A DNA stretch of 64,000 bases from Gemmatimonadota bacterium (GCA_040389905.1 JAZJZK010000007.1:191492-255491), one strand, 5' to 3'; shown: positions 48,485 through 58,381, counted from the first letter of the stretch. The notes: generated from the sequence alone by a model not told the origin. Translations and numbers: made by a program.

Positions 48485-48620
48485 AACGGCGTCGTTTTCA
48501 ACTGCCAAGGAGCGGATTTTACAGATGCGACGGGTCTGACGGATCTGCAGCGTTTGAAAAGTTGTTTTATCCGGCTCTATCCGTTGCATCCGTCCAATCC
48601 GCTCCTCGTCAGTTGCCGTT
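48485..48620. repeat. Palindromic element with CGGAT/ATCCG arms
   Basis: CAACTGCCAAGGAGCGGATT ... AATCCGCTCCTCGTCAGTTG; inner ACAGAT/ACGGAT versus ATCCGT. Confidence 0.75.
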
Positions 48621-48666
48621 TCGCATTCGCCTACTGTAAGGGTGTCGACATTTTCAAAATCCGCGC

Positions 48667-51237
48667 ATGACACTGTTTCCGTTGCTGTTTCTCCTGTTGG
48701 CGTCCCCCGCTCCCGCGGCGGATACACTGACCGGACCCGGCGTCTCCCACTCGCTGGCGTCGCAACGCGCGAAGCAGATTTCCCGCGTTCGGTATGCGTT
48801 GCGCCTCGACGTCACGCGTCGCGATACGCTCTACGGACACGCGCGCGTGCAGTTCGACAGGAGCGGCGCATCCGACCTGGTGCTCGACTTTCGTGGACTT
48901 GGATTCTCGAACGTCTCGGTGAACGGTGTCGCGGTTACTCCGCGCACGCTCAACGGCCACCTCGTGTTTCCCGCGGCGTCGCTGCGGGCGGCCGCCAATG
49001 ACATCGAGATGGACTTCACGTCCTCCATCGCGCCCGCTGGCGCGAGCGTCATTCGCGTTCACGATGCCGTCGATGGCGCCGACTATCTCTACACCCTGCT
49101 CGTTCCCGCCGACGCCAATCAACTCTTCCCCTGCTTCGATCAGCCGGACCTGAAGGGCCGCGTCACGCTGGAGCTCACAACGCCTCGCAACTGGACCGCC
49201 GTCGCCAACGGCAAGCTGACACGCGTGGATTCTGCGGCGGCCCTCACATTCCGCTTCGCCGAGTCCGAGCCAATCAGTACGTATCTCGTTGCGTTCGCGG
49301 CCGGACCGTGGAGTGTAAAGTCCTCCGTGGTCGACGGGCATCCGATCTCGATCTACGTGCGTGCCTCGCGGGCGCGTGAGGCCGAAGCGGATACGCTGAT
49401 GGCGCTGAACGGACACGCAATCTCCTGGCTGGAGCGGTACACCGATCGAGCGTTTCCTTTTCAGAAGTTCGATCTGGTACTGTGCCCCGCGTTCCCCTTT
49501 GGAGGCATGGAACATCCAGGCGCCGTGTTCTACAACGAAGAGAGCTTCATCTATCGGGAACGACCGACACTTTCGCAAACGCTTGGAAGGGAGGCGACGA
49601 TCTTCCACGAGGTCGCGCACCAATGGTTTGGCGACTATGCCACAATGCGCTGGTTCGACGATCTCTGGCTCAAGGAGGGGTTTGCCACCTACCTCGCGGC
49701 GGTAATGCAGTCCGCGCTGACACCGTCGGCGAATGCGTGGAAGACATTCTACCTGCGCAACAAGCCCGCGGCCTACGGTGTGGACGCGTCGGAGGGCACG
49801 ACCCCCGTCTGGCAGCGGCTTGGAAACCTCGATCAGGCGAAGAGCAACTACGGCGCAATCGTGTACAACAAGGCGCCGGGAATCCTCAAACAGCTCAACT
49901 TTCTTGTGGGTGACTCGGCGTTTCGCGACGGGCTTCGATCGTATCTGCGCGAACATCCGTACGGAAATGCCACGTGGGAGGACCTGCTGGCCGCTGTGGG
50001 AGGGGCAGGGCACCGGTCACTCGAGGACTGGGGCAAGAACTACATCCTGCGCCCGGGAATGCCCGTGCTGACGCAGCGGTTCACTGCGAAGAACGGCCGA
50101 CTCACCGCACTCACGCTCGAGCAGTCACCCGCGCGCGCCCTTTCCGGACCGTCGTCGTGGCCGGCGCGGGTGGAAGTGCTGCTCGGGTACGCCGATGCTC
50201 CGCCAGTCCGTCTGCCCGTGGAACTCGCGGGGCGCACGACGCACGTGCCGACCAAGGGACTCCGAGCACCTGACTACGTCTTTGCGAACGTGGGTGACTA
50301 TGGGTATGTACTCGTCCATCTCGACGATGTAAGCACGCGCTGGATCGAATCGCACATCGGCGAAGTCAAAGACGAATTCCTTCGTGCGATGCTGTGGGGA
50401 GCGCTCTGGGATCAGGTGAGGGACGCGCGCCTCGATCCGGTGCGCTTCATTCGCTCGGCACTTCGCGAACTGCCTCGCGAGCAGGACGAGCAGATCGTGC
50501 CCGTCATCCTCGGCCGTGTTTCGCGCGCCCTCTCGGCATATGTGTCGGCGTCGTCCCGCGAGGCGCTGCTTCCGGAGCTCGAGGGCACGTTGTTGTCGAT
50601 CGCGGGCGACACCGCAAAGAGCTACGGCATTCGGAAGAACAACCTCGACACGTATATCGGTCTGGCGCGCTCGCCGGCGGCGCTCCGCACCATCGATGCA
50701 CTGCTCGACAGCGCCATGGCCGCTGGCGCGCCCCTTCGCCCACCGACTCGCTGGGCGATCGTGACGACGCTCGTCGGGCGCGGCGCGCCGACCGCCGACG
50801 TGCGGCTCGCCGCCGAGAGCCGGCGTGATTCGACAACGGAGGGGCGTCGGAGGGCGTTCGTCGCCGGCGCTTCGCGTCCCGACTCCGCGACCAAGGCGTC
50901 GTACTGGAATCGCTACTTCTCCGACAAGGAACTGAACGAAGACTGGGTTACCGCGAGCCTACGGAGCTTTCACGACCCGGAACGTGATGACCTGACGCGC
51001 CAGTACATGATTCCGGCGCTCGACAGCCTTCCCTGGGTGCAGCGCAATCGCCGGATCTTCTTTCTCGGCAATTGGGTCGGTGCCACGTTGGACGGCCAGC
51101 GTTCGGCGTCGGCCCTTGCCACCCTCGACGATATGCTGCGGCGTCGGAAGGACATGCCGCGCGATTTACGGGAGAAGATTCTCCAATCGCGCGATGAACT
51201 CGAGCGCACCGTAGCGATCCGGCGCGCATTTCGCTGA
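48667..51237 (+). CDS. pepN: M1 family aminopeptidase N
   Basis: FPCFDQPDLK, GGMEHPG, HEVAHQWFG...LWLKEGFA, IVYNK. Confidence 0.92.
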   Translation: MTLFPLLFLLLASPAPAADTLTGPGVSHSLASQRAKQISRVRYALRLDVTRRDTLYGHARVQFDRSGASDLVLDFRGLGFSNVSVNGVAVTPRTLNGHLVFPAASLRAAANDIEMDFTSSIAPAGASVIRVHDAVDGADYLYTLLVPADANQLFPCFDQPDLKGRVTLELTTPRNWTAVANGKLTRVDSAAALTFRFAESEPISTYLVAFAAGPWSVKSSVVDGHPISIYVRASRAREAEADTLMALNGHAISWLERYTDRAFPFQKFDLVLCPAFPFGGMEHPGAVFYNEESFIYRERPTLSQTLGREATIFHEVAHQWFGDYATMRWFDDLWLKEGFATYLAAVMQSALTPSANAWKTFYLRNKPAAYGVDASEGTTPVWQRLGNLDQAKSNYGAIVYNKAPGILKQLNFLVGDSAFRDGLRSYLREHPYGNATWEDLLAAVGGAGHRSLEDWGKNYILRPGMPVLTQRFTAKNGRLTALTLEQSPARALSGPSSWPARVEVLLGYADAPPVRLPVELAGRTTHVPTKGLRAPDYVFANVGDYGYVLVHLDDVSTRWIESHIGEVKDEFLRAMLWGALWDQVRDARLDPVRFIRSALRELPREQDEQIVPVILGRVSRALSAYVSASSREALLPELEGTLLSIAGDTAKSYGIRKNNLDTYIGLARSPAALRTIDALLDSAMAAGAPLRPPTRWAIVTTLVGRGAPTADVRLAAESRRDSTTEGRRRAFVAGASRPDSATKASYWNRYFSDKELNEDWVTASLRSFHDPERDDLTRQYMIPALDSLPWVQRNRRIFFLGNWVGATLDGQRSASALATLDDMLRRRKDMPRDLREKILQSRDELERTVAIRRAFR

Positions 51238-51349
51238 TGTGACCGGCATGCATGCAACCAAATCGTCGTTCGCTCGTCCTAATGGAGAGCGCACTGGAAT
51301 TCGTACCGCACTCAGGCGTACATTCTGGCGCACCCGCCGATTTCCCGCC

Positions 51350-51886
51350 ATGCTGCATCCCCTCCTCGTCAGTCTCCTCTCAGCGAACCTCGTCGCTGCT
51401 GCGCCCTTGCCACGGGTGGCCGCGTCTTCATTGTTCGCGCCTCGCGCCAACCCCCCGATGGGCCTGGTCGACAGCATCGTCGTGGAGAAGAAGGCGCACA
51501 AGCTCACGCTCTTTCGCGACGGCAAGCCCACCCGCACATACCTGATCGCGCTCGGTGGCAATCCAGTCGGTGACAAGCTGAAGGCTGGTGACCGCCGCAC
51601 GCCCGAAGGAATCTTCTTCATCGACGAGCGTCAGCCGAACAGTCGCTACCACCTGGCGTTGCACATTTCGTATCCCGACGCGGCACACCGCGCGCGGTCG
51701 CAGGCGATCGGAGCGGAGCCCGGTGGCGACATCATGATTCACGGCCTCCCCAACGGCATGGGCGCCGCTGGCGCCACGCATCGCCAAGCGGATTGGACGA
51801 ATGGCTGCGTCGCGCTCACCGATCAGGAAATCGAGGAGATCTGGAGCGTGGTGCCGATCGGGACGCCGGTGGAGATCAAGCCGTAA
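51350..51886 (+). CDS. L,D-transpeptidase family protein (YafK-like)
   Basis: GD.RTPEG, SRYHLAL.ISYP, GGDIMIHG, DWTNGC.AL. Confidence 0.88.
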   Translation: MLHPLLVSLLSANLVAAAPLPRVAASSLFAPRANPPMGLVDSIVVEKKAHKLTLFRDGKPTRTYLIALGGNPVGDKLKAGDRRTPEGIFFIDERQPNSRYHLALHISYPDAAHRARSQAIGAEPGGDIMIHGLPNGMGAAGATHRQADWTNGCVALTDQEIEEIWSVVPIGTPVEIKP

Positions 51887-51953
51887 GGGCGATGCTCGCG
51901 AGCTGCGCTCGCAGGACGGCACACCGCGAGCGGAACCCTGCGCCAATCCGACA

Positions 51954-52463
51954 ATGACTCTCGCCGAACAATTCATCTCGCAGTCGCGGCACTATCTCGC
52001 GCACGAGTACCCGACCAAGATCCAGCGCTGTCTCGACGTGCTGCCCGCCGATGCACTGTGGGCGCGCGCGGACGCGAGCTCGAATAGCATCGGGAACCTG
52101 CTCCTGCATTTGTCCGGCAACATCCGCCAGTGGATCGTGAGCAGCATTGGCGGCGCGCCCGATCAGCGCCTGAGGTCAACGGAATTCGCGGCGACCGAGG
52201 GTGGTGACGCCGCGACGTTGTTCTCCGGATTGCGCGCCACGCTGGATGAAGCGGATGCGGTGCTGGCACGACTCACCGAAACCGATCTCGCAGCGCGGCG
52301 CGTCATCCAGGGCCGCGACGTGAGCGTCTTTGACGCGATCTACCATGTCGTCGAGCACTTCTCGACCCACACGGGTCAGATCGTGCTATTGACGAAGACC
52401 TACGCGCCCGGCGCGGTCAAGTTCTACGAAGACGCCGGCGGACTGGCGACGCCGCTCTACTAA
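51954..52463 (+). CDS. DinB / DUF1572-like protein
   Basis: NSIGNLLLHLSGN.RQW, YHVVEHFS.HTGQI. Confidence 0.85.
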   Translation: MTLAEQFISQSRHYLAHEYPTKIQRCLDVLPADALWARADASSNSIGNLLLHLSGNIRQWIVSSIGGAPDQRLRSTEFAATEGGDAATLFSGLRATLDEADAVLARLTETDLAARRVIQGRDVSVFDAIYHVVEHFSTHTGQIVLLTKTYAPGAVKFYEDAGGLATPLY

Positions 52464-52478
52464 TCGGATAGGGTCACG

Positions 52479-52509
52479 AAAAACGCCGTCCGCACTGCGG
52501 ACGGCGTTT
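52479..52509. terminator. Intrinsic terminator-like hairpin between convergent genes
   Basis: AAAAACGCCGTCCGCA-C-TGCGGACGGCGTTT; U-tract on minus strand. Confidence 0.75.
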
Positions 52510-52604
52510 GGCGCTAAGTCGACGCCTTCGGATTTGTCGATGGCTCTTTTTGGGCTGGATGCCAGTCCGGGTACACAGTTCCGGGTACCTCGTACGTCAG
52601 TGCC

Positions 52605-53558
52605 CTAGTAGATGTACACTTTGGTGCCTACCGGGACGTTCTCGTACAGCCACTCGATGTCCTCATCGCGTAACCGCACGCAACCGTGCGTCACCGCGGA
52701 GCCAATTGACTTCGCGTACGGGGTGCCGTGGAGCAAATACCCATCGCCGAGGTCGAGGCGAAAGTGTCCCAGCTCGCCCTGGATGACGCGGTGCTTGGTG
52801 CCCTGAGGCGGAATAAACAGCGTGTTGTCGAACACCACATGTTCGTCCAGGATCATCGGTTCGAACTCTGTACTTCCAGGGCGAATGATGCCCACCTCGT
52901 CGCCTTTCGTCAGCAGCTTGGTGCCGTCCTTCAGCTTGATGACGGTGTTACGGTGAAGTGCAGTCAGCTTCAGGCCATGCTCGAGCGCGACTTCCGCAAA
53001 GTGCCAGTCCGGTGGGATCCACACCGGGTCCTTGTCCTTGCGCCGAACGGTGCGCACACCGCGCGGCGTCTCGAAGCGCCACACCTGCTTGCCGAAGGTC
53101 AGCGTCGCGTTCATCGCGGTGGCGGCCGGTGCGACGAGCAACGTATCGTCGCCGTCGACCACCCGCAACGTCTTCTCGAACAAGTCGACCGTGATGCGAT
53201 AGCCATCGGATTTGAGCGCTGCGGACCGCGCAGATTCCCACGAAAGACTATCCTTGCGTGACTTGAAGGAGCGCGCCGTCGTCGGAGCGGCGGTTGCCAC
53301 GACATCCGCGTCGACTGGTGAGTCGGCCGCAGCTGCCGAGTCCGCCGCGATTTCGTCACTGCGCCGTCCGATCTTTCTCAGCAGCGAAACGAACCAGTTG
53401 TGGTCGGCCTTCACGTTTGCCGTGGAGTCCGGCACGTTTCGCGTTCGGGCGCCCGCGCCTTCAAGAACGCGCCCGCTGTCCTGCGCCGCCGCCGCCGTGG
53501 CCGTGGTCGCCAGGAGAATGGCGGTGGAGATGTATCGATTGCTCTTGAGTCGCTTCAT
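52605..53558 (-). CDS. L,D-transpeptidase (YkuD) family, secreted
   Basis: Signal peptide; TPRG, DPVWIPP, LLHGT...SIG.AVTHGCVRL. Confidence 0.88.
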   Translation of the reverse strand: MKRLKSNRYISTAILLATTATAAAAQDSGRVLEGAGARTRNVPDSTANVKADHNWFVSLLRKIGRRSDEIAADSAAAADSPVDADVVATAAPTTARSFKSRKDSLSWESARSAALKSDGYRITVDLFEKTLRVVDGDDTLLVAPAATAMNATLTFGKQVWRFETPRGVRTVRRKDKDPVWIPPDWHFAEVALEHGLKLTALHRNTVIKLKDGTKLLTKGDEVGIIRPGSTEFEPMILDEHVVFDNTLFIPPQGTKHRVIQGELGHFRLDLGDGYLLHGTPYAKSIGSAVTHGCVRLRDEDIEWLYENVPVGTKVYIY

Positions 53559-53574
53559 ATGCCCTTCACTACAC

Positions 53575-53604
53575 TACGGGGGACGTGACGTTCACGTCCC
53601 CCGT
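53575..53604. terminator. Strong hairpin between the OMP and L,D-transpeptidase genes (terminator or 5' UTR stem)
   Basis: TACGGGGGACGTGA-CGT-TCACGTCCCCCGTA, 14-bp perfect stem. Confidence 0.55.
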
Positions 53605-53640
53605 AATATGCACAACTCGCGCCGAATGTTTAGCTCGAGA

Positions 53641-54495
53641 CTACTTGTAGAACTGGAGGCCAGCGATGATCGGCCAGTAGTGCGATGCGCCGCCACCGTT
53701 CGTGTTGATCGTCGTGTACTTGCTCTCCACGAAGAGATGGGTGTCCATCAGGGTGAAGGCGAGGCCAAGACCGGCGTTGTAGTTGTAGAAGGTGCTCGTT
53801 TCACCGCGCGTCGCGACAGAGACGTTATACGGATTCTGCGATCCCGTGCCGATGAACGTGTTCGTGCCGGCCGTGATGACGTTGTTCTGGCCGTTCTTGT
53901 ACGGAATGAAATTCTGGAACTTGTCGAGACCGCCGCCACCGAGCAGGTAGAACACGGGGTTCAGCTTGCTCGTACGTTCGATCGGGAAGCGCAAGACGAG
54001 ATCCGCATTGCCTTCATACAACCGAGGGCTGGGGCAGCCGGCGCAATCCGTCGTGCGATGGCCGAAGAAATTGCCGAGGGCTTCTGCGCGAATACCGAGT
54101 GCGCCGTCCTTCGGGAACCAACCAACCTGGCCAGAGATCGCCGGGCCGTCCTTCGTCGAGTTGCGCCAGTTGTTCATCGGAACTGCCACACCGCCGCCAA
54201 GCGCGAAGTACAATCCCGGCAAGGGCTGAATTGGAAGTGCGAGCTTCACGGTGTCATACCGCATCCGTTCCACCGTCCGAACGATCGTATCGGGCCGAGT
54301 GCGAATGGTCACGGTGTCAACGCGTACACGGAATACGGTGTCTACGCGGGGTGGAGCGGTTTCTACCGGTGGCGCATCCTTACGCACCGGAATCTTCTTC
54401 TGGGACGATGCCTGCGCCGAGGCTGAGTCCGCACTACCGAGTGAGATGGCGGCAGCGAGGCCGAGTGCACACAACGCAAAGTTCCTGGTCTTCAT
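53641..54495 (-). CDS. Outer-membrane beta-barrel protein
   Basis: GGAGG upstream; signal peptide; alternating beta strands, YLLGGGG, YNAGLG, C-terminal AGLQFYK. Confidence 0.75.
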   Translation of the reverse strand: MKTRNFALCALGLAAAISLGSADSASAQASSQKKIPVRKDAPPVETAPPRVDTVFRVRVDTVTIRTRPDTIVRTVERMRYDTVKLALPIQPLPGLYFALGGGVAVPMNNWRNSTKDGPAISGQVGWFPKDGALGIRAEALGNFFGHRTTDCAGCPSPRLYEGNADLVLRFPIERTSKLNPVFYLLGGGGLDKFQNFIPYKNGQNNVITAGTNTFIGTGSQNPYNVSVATRGETSTFYNYNAGLGLAFTLMDTHLFVESKYTTINTNGGGASHYWPIIAGLQFYK

Positions 54496-54594
54496 CCTAA
54501 TCCTCCGTCGCCTTCGCCCTATGTTCTCGTTCCCCGCGGGCGAGGTTGCGGGTGCGACGACGGTCGTCGCATGTTCTGCCGGGCTCGGTGAATG

Positions 54595-54609
54595 GCAGAC
54601 CTCGTGCCG
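54595..54609 (-). promoter_or_regulatory. Putative sigma54 promoter
   Basis: Minus strand CGGCAC-GAGGT-CTGC, GG-N10-GC. Confidence 0.45.
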
Positions 54610-54848
54610 CGGCGGCTTAAATCGGCAGGAAAGTTCAAAAAAAACTTTTCCGGACCCCATTCAACCGCCTCAAGTATAACCGATGAGACCGGTTAAGGCA
54701 CCGTGAAGCGGGTGCCCCACGCCGTTCCAGCCACCGTGGTGGTCTGGAATTGTGTCCTCTCCGGGTGCCCTTCGCCACCTGCTGATCAGCGGGAGCATGG
54801 AGTATCTTGCGTCGGCATCGCCATCAACCTCTCCCGCCCGAACCTCGC

Positions 54849-55976
54849 ATGTCCGAGAACCGCCTGAAGACGCTTCACGACGCGGGTCAGTCCATCTGGC
54901 TCGACTTCATCGACCGTGCGATCCTCCGAAACGGTGATCTCGCGCGCCGCATTCGCGACGACGCGCTCACCGGGATGACGTCCAACCCCACGATCTTCGA
55001 AAAAGCGCTCGCGGAAGGCACCGCCTACGACGACCAGCTCAAGGGCGCGCCCGCCACACACTCGGCATTGCAGCTCTTCGAGCTGGTCGAAACGTCGGAC
55101 GTGCGCGATGCCTGCGACCTGTTCATGCCCGTGTACGCGGCGACGAACGGCGCCGACGGATACGTCTCGATTGAAGTGTCGCCGGGCGCGGCGAACAATG
55201 CGAAGGAGACGATCGACGAGGCACAGCGCCTCTGGGCGATGGTCGGCCGGCCGAACGTCATGATCAAGGTACCTGGCACCGCCGAAGGCGCGATCGCGGT
55301 TCGCACACTCATCGGCGCAGGGCTCAATGTCAATATCACGCTTCTCTTCGCCATCGAAGCGCATCACCGCGTTATCGATGCCTACATTAGTGGGCTCGAG
55401 GACCGCCTCACGGCGGGTAAGCCCATCGACCGGATTGCGTCGGTTGCCTCGTTCTTCGTCAGTCGCGTCGATACCGAAATCGATAAACGCCTGAACACCA
55501 TGGCGGAAGCCGCCGATGGCGATACGCGCGAAACGCTGCTGGCTCTGCGCGGCAAAGGCGCCGTCGCGAACGCGCAACTCGCGTATAAGCTCTTCCTCGA
55601 CGAATTCTCCTCCGAGCGCTGGGCGCCGCTTGCCGCCGCCGGTGCCCGGTTGCAGCGCCCGCTGTGGGCTAGCACCAGCTCGAAGAATCCCGCCTATCGC
55701 GATGTCATCTACGTCGAGCAACTGATCGGGCCGCATACCGTGAATACGATGCCACCAGCCACGATCGAGGCGTTCCGCGATCACGGTGAAACGGCACGAA
55801 CGGTGGACGCCGACTTCGGCGCCGCGGAGAAGGCAATCCGAGACCTCGGTTCCGTTGGCATCGACATGACCGAGGTGACGAACAAACTACTCTCCGAGGG
55901 GCTTGCGAGCTTCCAGAAGAGCTTTGATTCGCTCACCGCCGGTCTCGAGAAAAAGAGAAGCGAATTAGCCAGGTGA
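54849..55976 (+). CDS. tal: Transaldolase
   Basis: GQSIWLD, GMTSNPTIF, DGYVSIEV, NVMIKVP (Schiff-base Lys), NITLLF, SFFVSRVD, RPLWAST. Confidence 0.95.
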   Translation: MSENRLKTLHDAGQSIWLDFIDRAILRNGDLARRIRDDALTGMTSNPTIFEKALAEGTAYDDQLKGAPATHSALQLFELVETSDVRDACDLFMPVYAATNGADGYVSIEVSPGAANNAKETIDEAQRLWAMVGRPNVMIKVPGTAEGAIAVRTLIGAGLNVNITLLFAIEAHHRVIDAYISGLEDRLTAGKPIDRIASVASFFVSRVDTEIDKRLNTMAEAADGDTRETLLALRGKGAVANAQLAYKLFLDEFSSERWAPLAAAGARLQRPLWASTSSKNPAYRDVIYVEQLIGPHTVNTMPPATIEAFRDHGETARTVDADFGAAEKAIRDLGSVGIDMTEVTNKLLSEGLASFQKSFDSLTAGLEKKRSELAR

Positions 55977-56082
55977 CAGGAGACAGGGGACAGGGGACAG
56001 GAACAGCGTCGTGCAGTGCCTAGCCCCTCATCCCCAGCTCCTTGTCCCTGTCCCCTGACACCTGACCCCTGTCCCCTGTCTC
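55975..56082. repeat. Inverted arrays of 7-mer tandem repeats (GACAGGG / CCCTGTC)
   Basis: GACAGGA GACAGGG GACAGGG GACAGGA ... CCTGTCC CCTGACA CCTGACC CCTGTCC CCTGTCT. Confidence 0.85.
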
Positions 56083-56085
56083 AAA

Positions 56086-57489
56086 GTGCCCTACCCTCGC
56101 ACCAAGATCGTCTGCACGCTCGGACCCGCATCGGCAAATCGCGACACGCTCCGTGCACTCATGGAGGCCGGACTCAGCGTCGCTCGGCTGAATTTTTCAC
56201 ACGGGACGCACGAACAGCACGCCGCCACGGTGGCACTCGTGCGGGCTGTGGCAAAGGAACTGGATCGCCCCGTCGCCATCCTCGGCGACCTCCAGGGGCC
56301 CCGCATCCGCATCGGTGATCTGGCCACCCCGCGGGACGTCATCGATGGCGAAGACATCGTGCTCGTCGCCGGAGAGGACGCGGACGAAGGACAGTTTCCC
56401 ACGACGTACGACAACCTCTGTAAAGACCTGAAAGTGGGTGATCGGGTCCTTGTCGACGACGGCCTCATCGAGCTCATGACGCTCGAAGTCACGGAGCGAA
56501 CGGTCACGACGCGCGTATTGCACGGAGGGCAGATCAAGAGCCACAAGGGCATGAATCTGCCTGGCGTGGCCGTGAGCGCCCCCTCGATCACCGAGAAGGA
56601 TTGGGCCGACGTGGACTTCGCGATCGAGCATGGGCTCGAGTATCTCGCGCTCAGCTTCGTACGCCAGGCGCAGGACATTGCCGAGCTGCGCGAGAAGCTC
56701 CCGAAAGGCATGCTGATCGTCGCGAAGATCGAGAAGGATTCGGCGCTCGAGAACATCGAGAGCATCATTCGGAGCTCCGATGCGGTCATGGTCGCGCGCG
56801 GCGACCTCGGCGTCGAACTTCCCTTCGAGGAAGTACCAATCGCGCAGAAGCGCATCATTTCCCTGTGCAACAAGCTCGGCCGCCCGGTGATCACCGCGAC
56901 GCAGATGCTCGAGTCGATGATCAAGAACCCGCGTCCGACGCGCGCCGAGGCCAGCGACGTGGCCAACGCGATTCTCGACGGCACCGACGCCGTGATGCTC
57001 TCGGCGGAGACCGCCTCGGGGCAGTATCCCCGGCTCGCCGTTGAGGCGATGTCGCGCATCATCATGGAAATCGAGAAGCACCCGCGCGGCAAGTCGGCGG
57101 ATGCGCGCATCGTGAGCGAGGAAGCTGTTTCGACGGAGCAGGCGATTGCCGCCGCGGCGACGTCGGCGGTGCGGAGCCTTGGCGCACCGGCCCTGATTGT
57201 CTTTACGAAGAGCGGGTTTTCTGCGCGGATCGTCGCATCGCACCGGCCAGGCGTGCCCATTCTCGTGCTCACCGACCAGGAGCGCACCTATCGCCAGTTG
57301 GCGCTCGTGTGGGGCGTCATTCCGTGTCTGGTCCAGCATTGCGACACCTATTGGGACATGGTGAAGCTCGCCCTCGCGGCTGTGCGCGAGCGTGGCTTGG
57401 CACGCGAGGGCGATCGCGTCGTCGTTACGGCCGGCGTGCCCTTCGACGTCCCCGGCACGACGAACCTGATGAAGGTCGAGACAGTATGA
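56086..57489 (+). CDS. pyk: Pyruvate kinase
   Basis: RTKIVCTLGP, RLNFSHG, DLQGP, AKIE, MVARGDLG, ATQMLESM, PTRAE. Confidence 0.97.
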   Translation: MPYPRTKIVCTLGPASANRDTLRALMEAGLSVARLNFSHGTHEQHAATVALVRAVAKELDRPVAILGDLQGPRIRIGDLATPRDVIDGEDIVLVAGEDADEGQFPTTYDNLCKDLKVGDRVLVDDGLIELMTLEVTERTVTTRVLHGGQIKSHKGMNLPGVAVSAPSITEKDWADVDFAIEHGLEYLALSFVRQAQDIAELREKLPKGMLIVAKIEKDSALENIESIIRSSDAVMVARGDLGVELPFEEVPIAQKRIISLCNKLGRPVITATQMLESMIKNPRPTRAEASDVANAILDGTDAVMLSAETASGQYPRLAVEAMSRIIMEIEKHPRGKSADARIVSEEAVSTEQAIAAAATSAVRSLGAPALIVFTKSGFSARIVASHRPGVPILVLTDQERTYRQLALVWGVIPCLVQHCDTYWDMVKLALAAVRERGLAREGDRVVVTAGVPFDVPGTTNLMKVETV

Positions 57490-57505
57490 GTCTTTCCACC
57501 ATCCG

Positions 57506-58282
57506 GTGAAGCTGACTTTTCTCGGAACCGGCACGAGCTTCGGCGTCCCACAAATCGGATGCCGTTGCGATGTGTGTCATTCTCGCGACCCGCGCGACCG
57601 ACGCACGCGGGTCGGGGCGGCTGTCGAAACGGATTCCGGCGCCATCATCCTCATCGACACGCCACCAGAGCTCCGGCTTCAACTGATCCAGGCGGGCATC
57701 GATCACGTGGATGCCGTGCTGTTCACGCATGATCACGCCGATCATACGCACGGCATCGACGATCTCCGGGCGATTACTGCCCGCGCCGACACACATTTGC
57801 CGATGTACGGGTCGGCCGAAACATTGGCCGGCCTCGCACGCAAGTTCATCTACATCTTCGACGATAACATCAAGCCGGTGGCCGGCTCGTCGAAGCCGCA
57901 GGGTCATGCCATCCCGTTACACGCCGGCGAGTGCCGCCAGATTGCAGGTGTCGATGTCACCGCGATACCAGTCCCGCATGGCCCGGTCGAAGTCTTCGCG
58001 TACCGCATTGGTCCGCTCGCGTACGTGACGGACGCGAAGTCGGTGCCGGAGGCCGCCATCGCCCAGCTCCGCGGCGCACGCGTGCTGGTGGTCAACGCGC
58101 TCTTTCGACGACCGCACACGTCACACCTCAGCCTGCAGGAGGCGCTCGAGGTGAGTCGGCAAGTTGGTGCGGAGCGCACGTACCTCACTCACTTGACGCA
58201 TGACAATTACCATGCCGATCTCGAAGCGGAGCTGCCCGCGGGCGTGTCTCCTGCGTTCGATGGCCTGACAGTTCTGGTCTGA
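57506..58282 (+). CDS. MBL-fold metallo-hydrolase (PhnP-like)
   Basis: LGTGTS.GVP, C.C.VC, THDHADH.HG, YVTD, THLTH. Confidence 0.9.
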   Translation: MKLTFLGTGTSFGVPQIGCRCDVCHSRDPRDRRTRVGAAVETDSGAIILIDTPPELRLQLIQAGIDHVDAVLFTHDHADHTHGIDDLRAITARADTHLPMYGSAETLAGLARKFIYIFDDNIKPVAGSSKPQGHAIPLHAGECRQIAGVDVTAIPVPHGPVEVFAYRIGPLAYVTDAKSVPEAAIAQLRGARVLVVNALFRRPHTSHLSLQEALEVSRQVGAERTYLTHLTHDNYHADLEAELPAGVSPAFDGLTVLV

Positions 58283-58297
58283 GCCGTTCCGCGCGTT

Positions 58298-58360
58298 TTG
58301 TCGCTCTGAGCCCTTCGTCGCTTCCGCTCCTCGAGGGCAGGCTTCGCGAAGGGCCCGCAC
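58298..58360 (+). repeat. Variant REP-like unit with an internal inserted hairpin
   Basis: TTGTCGCTCTGAGC ... GCGAAGGGCCCGCAC, resembles 6916-6948. Confidence 0.55.
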
Positions 58361-58381
58361 CTCAAGCCCCGAATATTCGCC

